Source: Parcubacteria group bacterium Gr01-1014_2 (GTDB taxonomy: Bacteria; Patescibacteriota; Minisyncoccia; 2-02-FULL-40-12). Taken from it: a DNA stretch of 46,066 nt. The stretch covers positions 1 through 46,066 of the forward strand of contig VMGG01000001.1 in assembly GCA_007376425.1 (NCBI GenBank), in the 5' to 3' direction. The notes below the pieces were generated by a model, which worked only from the letters and a program-made list of their open reading frames with translations, was not told the DNA's origin and did no database searches. Each line of letters begins with the position of its first letter. Within the stretch, counting starts at the first letter, position 1. Positions 43,571 through 46,066 of the stretch are shown piece by piece. The position numbers were made by a program, and so were the translations under genes.

Positions 43571-43645
43571 GCGGGCGTCGTATAGTGGTTATTATGGGAT
43601 CTTGCCAAGATCCAGACGGCAGTTCGATTCTGCTCGCCCGCTCCA
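43571..43645 (+). tRNA. tRNA-Gly (anticodon GCC), CCA encoded
   Basis: The acceptor is GCGGGCG ... CGCCCGC T CCA, the anticodon arm is GGATC TTGCCAA GATCC and the T arm is GGCAG TTCGATT CTGCT. Confidence 0.9.
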
Positions 43646-43739
43646 CAATTAGAGATTCCGATTTTTGACCGACGAATCGGTGGGCGGCACGAAGTGCCGC
43701 CCATTGGTTTTGTGGGGGGAAATCCTCTCCGTTCGGCGC
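43641..43739. repeat. Left inverted repeat (IR-L), starting in the last 5 nt of tRNA-Gly and carrying a 20-nt insertion
   Basis: IR-L reads ctccacaattagagattccg [atttttgaccgacgaatcgg] tgggcggcacgaagtgccgcccattggttttgtggggggaaatcctctccgttcggcgc. Without the bracketed part it equals the reverse complement of 45285-45363. Confidence 0.9.
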
Positions 43740-45082
43740 TCAAGAGAAGAAGCGACTTTTATCCATTCTCTCATCGGTTCGAGCCAACCATTCTGCTTTT
43801 GTTCAAGGTTAGTCATTTGCTCTTCCAGCGACTTCTTTTCGCTCAATAACTTTGCTTTTTCTCCACGATATACTTCGCGGTCAATATCCTGCTCCAAATA
43901 GCCATCAAGAAGTCGCTGGAGCTTGGTGGCAATGACCTTGATTCTCTCTTGGCTTGTTTGAACAAAAGCAGAAACGGATTGGGCGGATTTTGATTTGTCT
44001 TTTTCCAATCTTGTGTTTAGTTTTTCCGCCCAATCCGTGGGCAAAGAAACTTTTTGAAGCAGAGAGGAGATTTGCTCGTCTAGCTTTTCTTGGCGAATAC
44101 AGGGTTCGGAACACTTCATCACTTTAGATTTTTTCGTGCAATGATAGTAAGTATAAAAATGTTGTGTGCCGTTTTTCTGGGTTTTCACCCTGTATTCGCC
44201 AGTTATCATCATTCCGCAAGTGCCGCAACGCAATAATCCGCAAAATACTTGCGGCTCTATTTTAGATTTATGTCGCGGCCTTCCTCTCTGCTTCAATACC
44301 TCTTGGACTTTATCAAAAAGTTTCTTTGAAATGATTGGCTCGTGCTTACCCTCGTATATTTCGCCTGCATAGCGAAATAGTCCAGTGTAGAAAGGGTTGG
44401 AGAGGATAAAAGTCGCTCTTGAGATGTGGATTCTCTTTCCGCTTCTTGAAACTAAATGGTGTTGCGCCAAAAATTCTCCAATATCTTCTAGCCGTTGATC
44501 GCCTTGCGCGTAGAGTTCAAAAGCCTTGCGAACAACCGGAGCTTGCTTTTTGTCCACGACAATAGATTTATTGCGCGAGTCGTTGATATATCCAACAGGC
44601 GCAAGAGATGGATACTCTCCTCGTCTCACTTTTTGGCGCAATCCTCTTTTGGTATTTTCGGAAAGAGAATCCACATAGTATTTGCTTTGCCCAAAAGCGA
44701 TGTTCAACATAAATTTTCCCTGCGGCGTTGGCTCAAACCAAAACTGCACAAATTTCAACGCTGCAAGTCCACCTGTATCTACAAGGTAAATTATTTTTCC
44801 ACCATCAACAGAATTGCGCGCTAATCTATCAGGATGCCAGGTCAAAATTCCGTTAGCTTCGCCACTCTCTATCCGATTAAGCATATCGTTGAAAATAGGA
44901 CGGCCCGGAATTTTGGCCGATTGCTTCTCTACTAACTCATCAACAATGTTGAGATTTTCTTGTTTGGCGTAGGCGCGCAATTCTGCGATCTGGTCCTCGA
45001 TGGAACGCACTTGTTTATCTTCCACATCGGTGGACTTGCGGGCATACAAAAAGAATTTTTGCGATGAGATAATTTTTTCCAT
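43649..45082 (-). CDS. Large serine recombinase (resolvase domain + recombinase domain + zinc ribbon + coiled coil)
   Basis: FFLYARKSTDVEDKQVRSIEDQ carries the catalytic Ser motif. GILTWHPDRLARN and CGLLRCGTCGMM...YYHCTKK...KCSEPC are also present. The start is taken at MEKIIS (45082); the track ORF extends to 45280 through IR-R-adjacent sequence. The last ~29 codons are encoded by IR-L. Confidence 0.85.
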   Translation of the reverse strand: MEKIISSQKFFLYARKSTDVEDKQVRSIEDQIAELRAYAKQENLNIVDELVEKQSAKIPGRPIFNDMLNRIESGEANGILTWHPDRLARNSVDGGKIIYLVDTGGLAALKFVQFWFEPTPQGKFMLNIAFGQSKYYVDSLSENTKRGLRQKVRRGEYPSLAPVGYINDSRNKSIVVDKKQAPVVRKAFELYAQGDQRLEDIGEFLAQHHLVSRSGKRIHISRATFILSNPFYTGLFRYAGEIYEGKHEPIISKKLFDKVQEVLKQRGRPRHKSKIEPQVFCGLLRCGTCGMMITGEYRVKTQKNGTQHFYTYYHCTKKSKVMKCSEPCIRQEKLDEQISSLLQKVSLPTDWAEKLNTRLEKDKSKSAQSVSAFVQTSQERIKVIATKLQRLLDGYLEQDIDREVYRGEKAKLLSEKKSLEEQMTNLEQKQNGWLEPMREWIKVASSLERRTERISPHKTNGRHFVPPTDSSVKNRNL

Positions 45083-45284
45083 AATGTTGAAAACTTTAAA
45101 GGCCGCCCCGGTTGTAACCAATCCAAGTTGCCTTGAACTGACCGAGACGGCCATCAAAAAAGACAACTTTGCGGGATTGGTTACATAGTCATTATAGCAA
45201 AAATTCTTTTTGTTGGGCAAATGCGAATACAAACCGCAAGGGATTTCGAACCTCGTCTTGGCCAACCGCGAGGCGCGCATCAGC

Positions 45285-45363
45285 GCGCCGAACGGAGAGG
45301 ATTTCCCCCCACAAAACCAATGGGCGGCACTTCGTGCCGCCCACGGAATCTCTAATTGTGGAG
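45285..45363. repeat. Right inverted repeat (IR-R), 79 nt
   Basis: IR-R reads gcgccgaacggagaggatttccccccacaaaaccaatgggcggcacttcgtgccgcccacggaatctctaattgtggag. It contains its own hairpin, gggcggcac-ttcg-tgccgccc. Confidence 0.9.
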
Positions 45364-45416
45364 TATCTTTACGACTGCGCTCGAACCTACTTTATCAAAA
45401 ATTCCTGACCAAAGGA

Positions 45417-45631
45417 AGCCGCCCCGCCGCCGCTCGCTAACACTCGCCACACCACAGAAAAGTTTTGCTTACGATTTCGGATTTTGCGCGCGCCCGATTT
45501 TTTCTTCTAAAAGGAAAACAAAACTTTTCTGTGGTGTTCTGCTCTCTACGAGCAGGGCGGCGGGGCTGGCCTCTTTCTGTATTCGCTCGGGCGCGGCGGA
45601 ATTCCCCCCACACCCCCCTTCCGCCGCGCCC
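45417..45631. other. GC-rich nested-hairpin region (candidate structured RNA or recombination site)
   Basis: The outer pairing is gccccgccgcc (45421-45431) / ggcggcggggc (45556-45566). The inner 18-bp perfect pairing is caccacagaaaagttttg (45450-45467) / caaaacttttctgtggtg (45519-45536). A second hairpin, gggcgcggcgga (45589-45600) / tccgccgcgccc (45620-45631), has a loop carrying ttccccccaca, an 11-mer also present in both IRs. Confidence 0.6.
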
Positions 45632-45724
45632 TCGCTTGAGCTGGCGAATTTTTTGGCGACGATCATATGCTAACTATAGTATGTAGAACCAAAGTTAGCA
45701 AGCGCATATACTATAGTTATCACC

Positions 45725-45931
45725 ATGAAAAAAGAAGTTTTAATCAAATTCGGTAAAAAAGTCCGTGATGAGCGGATGAAATTGGAGTTATCTCAAGAAG
45801 AATTGGCGTCCCGCGCGGGAGTACACCGAACTTATATTGGAATGATAGAACGAGCTGAAAAAAACATAACTCTAGAAAATATTGAAAAAATCGCCAAGGC
45901 ACTGGGGATAAAAATTTCAGATTGTTTCTAA
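45725..45931 (+). CDS. XRE-family helix-turn-helix transcriptional regulator (68 aa)
   Basis: LSQEELASRAGVHRTYIGMIERAEKNITLENIEKIAKALGI is a typical HTH_3 sequence. A 12-bp inverted repeat, taactatagtat (45671-45682) / atactatagtta (45708-45719), lies just upstream. Confidence 0.85.
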   Translation: MKKEVLIKFGKKVRDERMKLELSQEELASRAGVHRTYIGMIERAEKNITLENIEKIAKALGIKISDCF

Positions 45932-45937
45932 TTTTAT

Positions 45938-46066
45938 ATGAAATATAATCTTACAAAAAAGGACTTCCAAACCGCTTTTGAATTTGCCGTCAAATACCAT
46001 CTTGATCCGACAAAATCCGGGACCACAAGAACTGCAGGCTCAGCTCGTAGCTTAGGCGATGTGCTC
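45938..46066 (+). CDS. Hypothetical protein, 3'-partial at the window edge
   Basis: The ATG lies 7 nt after the XRE stop, and the frame is open to the end of the window (MKYNLTKKDFQTAFEFAVKYHLDPTKSGTTRTAGSARSLGDVL). No family is recognised. Confidence 0.5.
   Translation, partial: MKYNLTKKDFQTAFEFAVKYHLDPTKSGTTRTAGSARSLGDVL

Noticed and set aside
43423-43743. 106-aa minus-strand ORF over the tRNA-Thr/Phe/Gly cluster.
   Set aside because: It lies entirely on the antisense of three well-formed tRNAs.
45169-45686. ORFs 45169..45408, 45210..45440, 45356..45673, 45465..45686 and 45469..45666.
   Set aside because: They are read through IR-R and the GC-rich hairpins. They duplicate the IR-encoded peptide of the recombinase or are Arg/Pro/Ala-rich, and none has a start context.
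1-46066. rRNA genes, CRISPR arrays, cas genes, reverse transcriptases and phage structural genes.
   Set aside because: I saw no sequence or translation in any frame with the corresponding signatures.

Overview
This is a 46-kb bacterial window. Housekeeping stretches are AT-rich (hand count 19/60 GC at 10021-10080) and accessory patches are much GC-richer. The gene style points to a Candidate Phyla Radiation/Patescibacteria-type genome (inference): compact housekeeping genes, many TrbC/VirB2-like mini-pilins, giant Pro/Thr-linked surface proteins, a split transketolase, scattered selfish nucleases and an intein in gyrA. Layout: (i) 1-8.2 kb holds three large secreted surface proteins. (ii) 8.7-20.5 kb holds housekeeping genes (argS, htrA-like, ssrA+smpB, infC-rpmI-rplT, tsaD, valS, PrsW-like, hsp20) interspersed with four-helix-bundle, GIY-YIG and LAGLIDADG-like genes. 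(iii) 21.4-30.7 kb is an accessory locus of seven pilin-like genes. It is split by a ~3.7-kb GC-rich four-gene module with its own promoter, Shine-Dalgarno (SD) sites and terminators and no family I can name. This module is my main candidate for an undescribed system. (iv) 30.8-43.4 kb holds a solute-binding protein, a methyltransferase, gyrA with a 523-aa HNH intein, ftsH, rplS, sodA and the transketolase N-subunit. (v) From 43.6 kb to the window end, an island starts at the 3' end of tRNA-Gly. It carries a large serine recombinase bracketed by 79-nt inverted repeats, GC-rich nested hairpins, an XRE-type regulator and a partial gene. In total I call 9 tRNAs and one tmRNA, and find no rRNA and no CRISPR array. 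A family of ~26-28-nt GC-rich palindromic mini-elements occurs in spacers and in-frame inside htrA, tsaD (twice) and valS, with a related one in gyrA. All calls come from reading the sequence and translations by eye; no searches were run.
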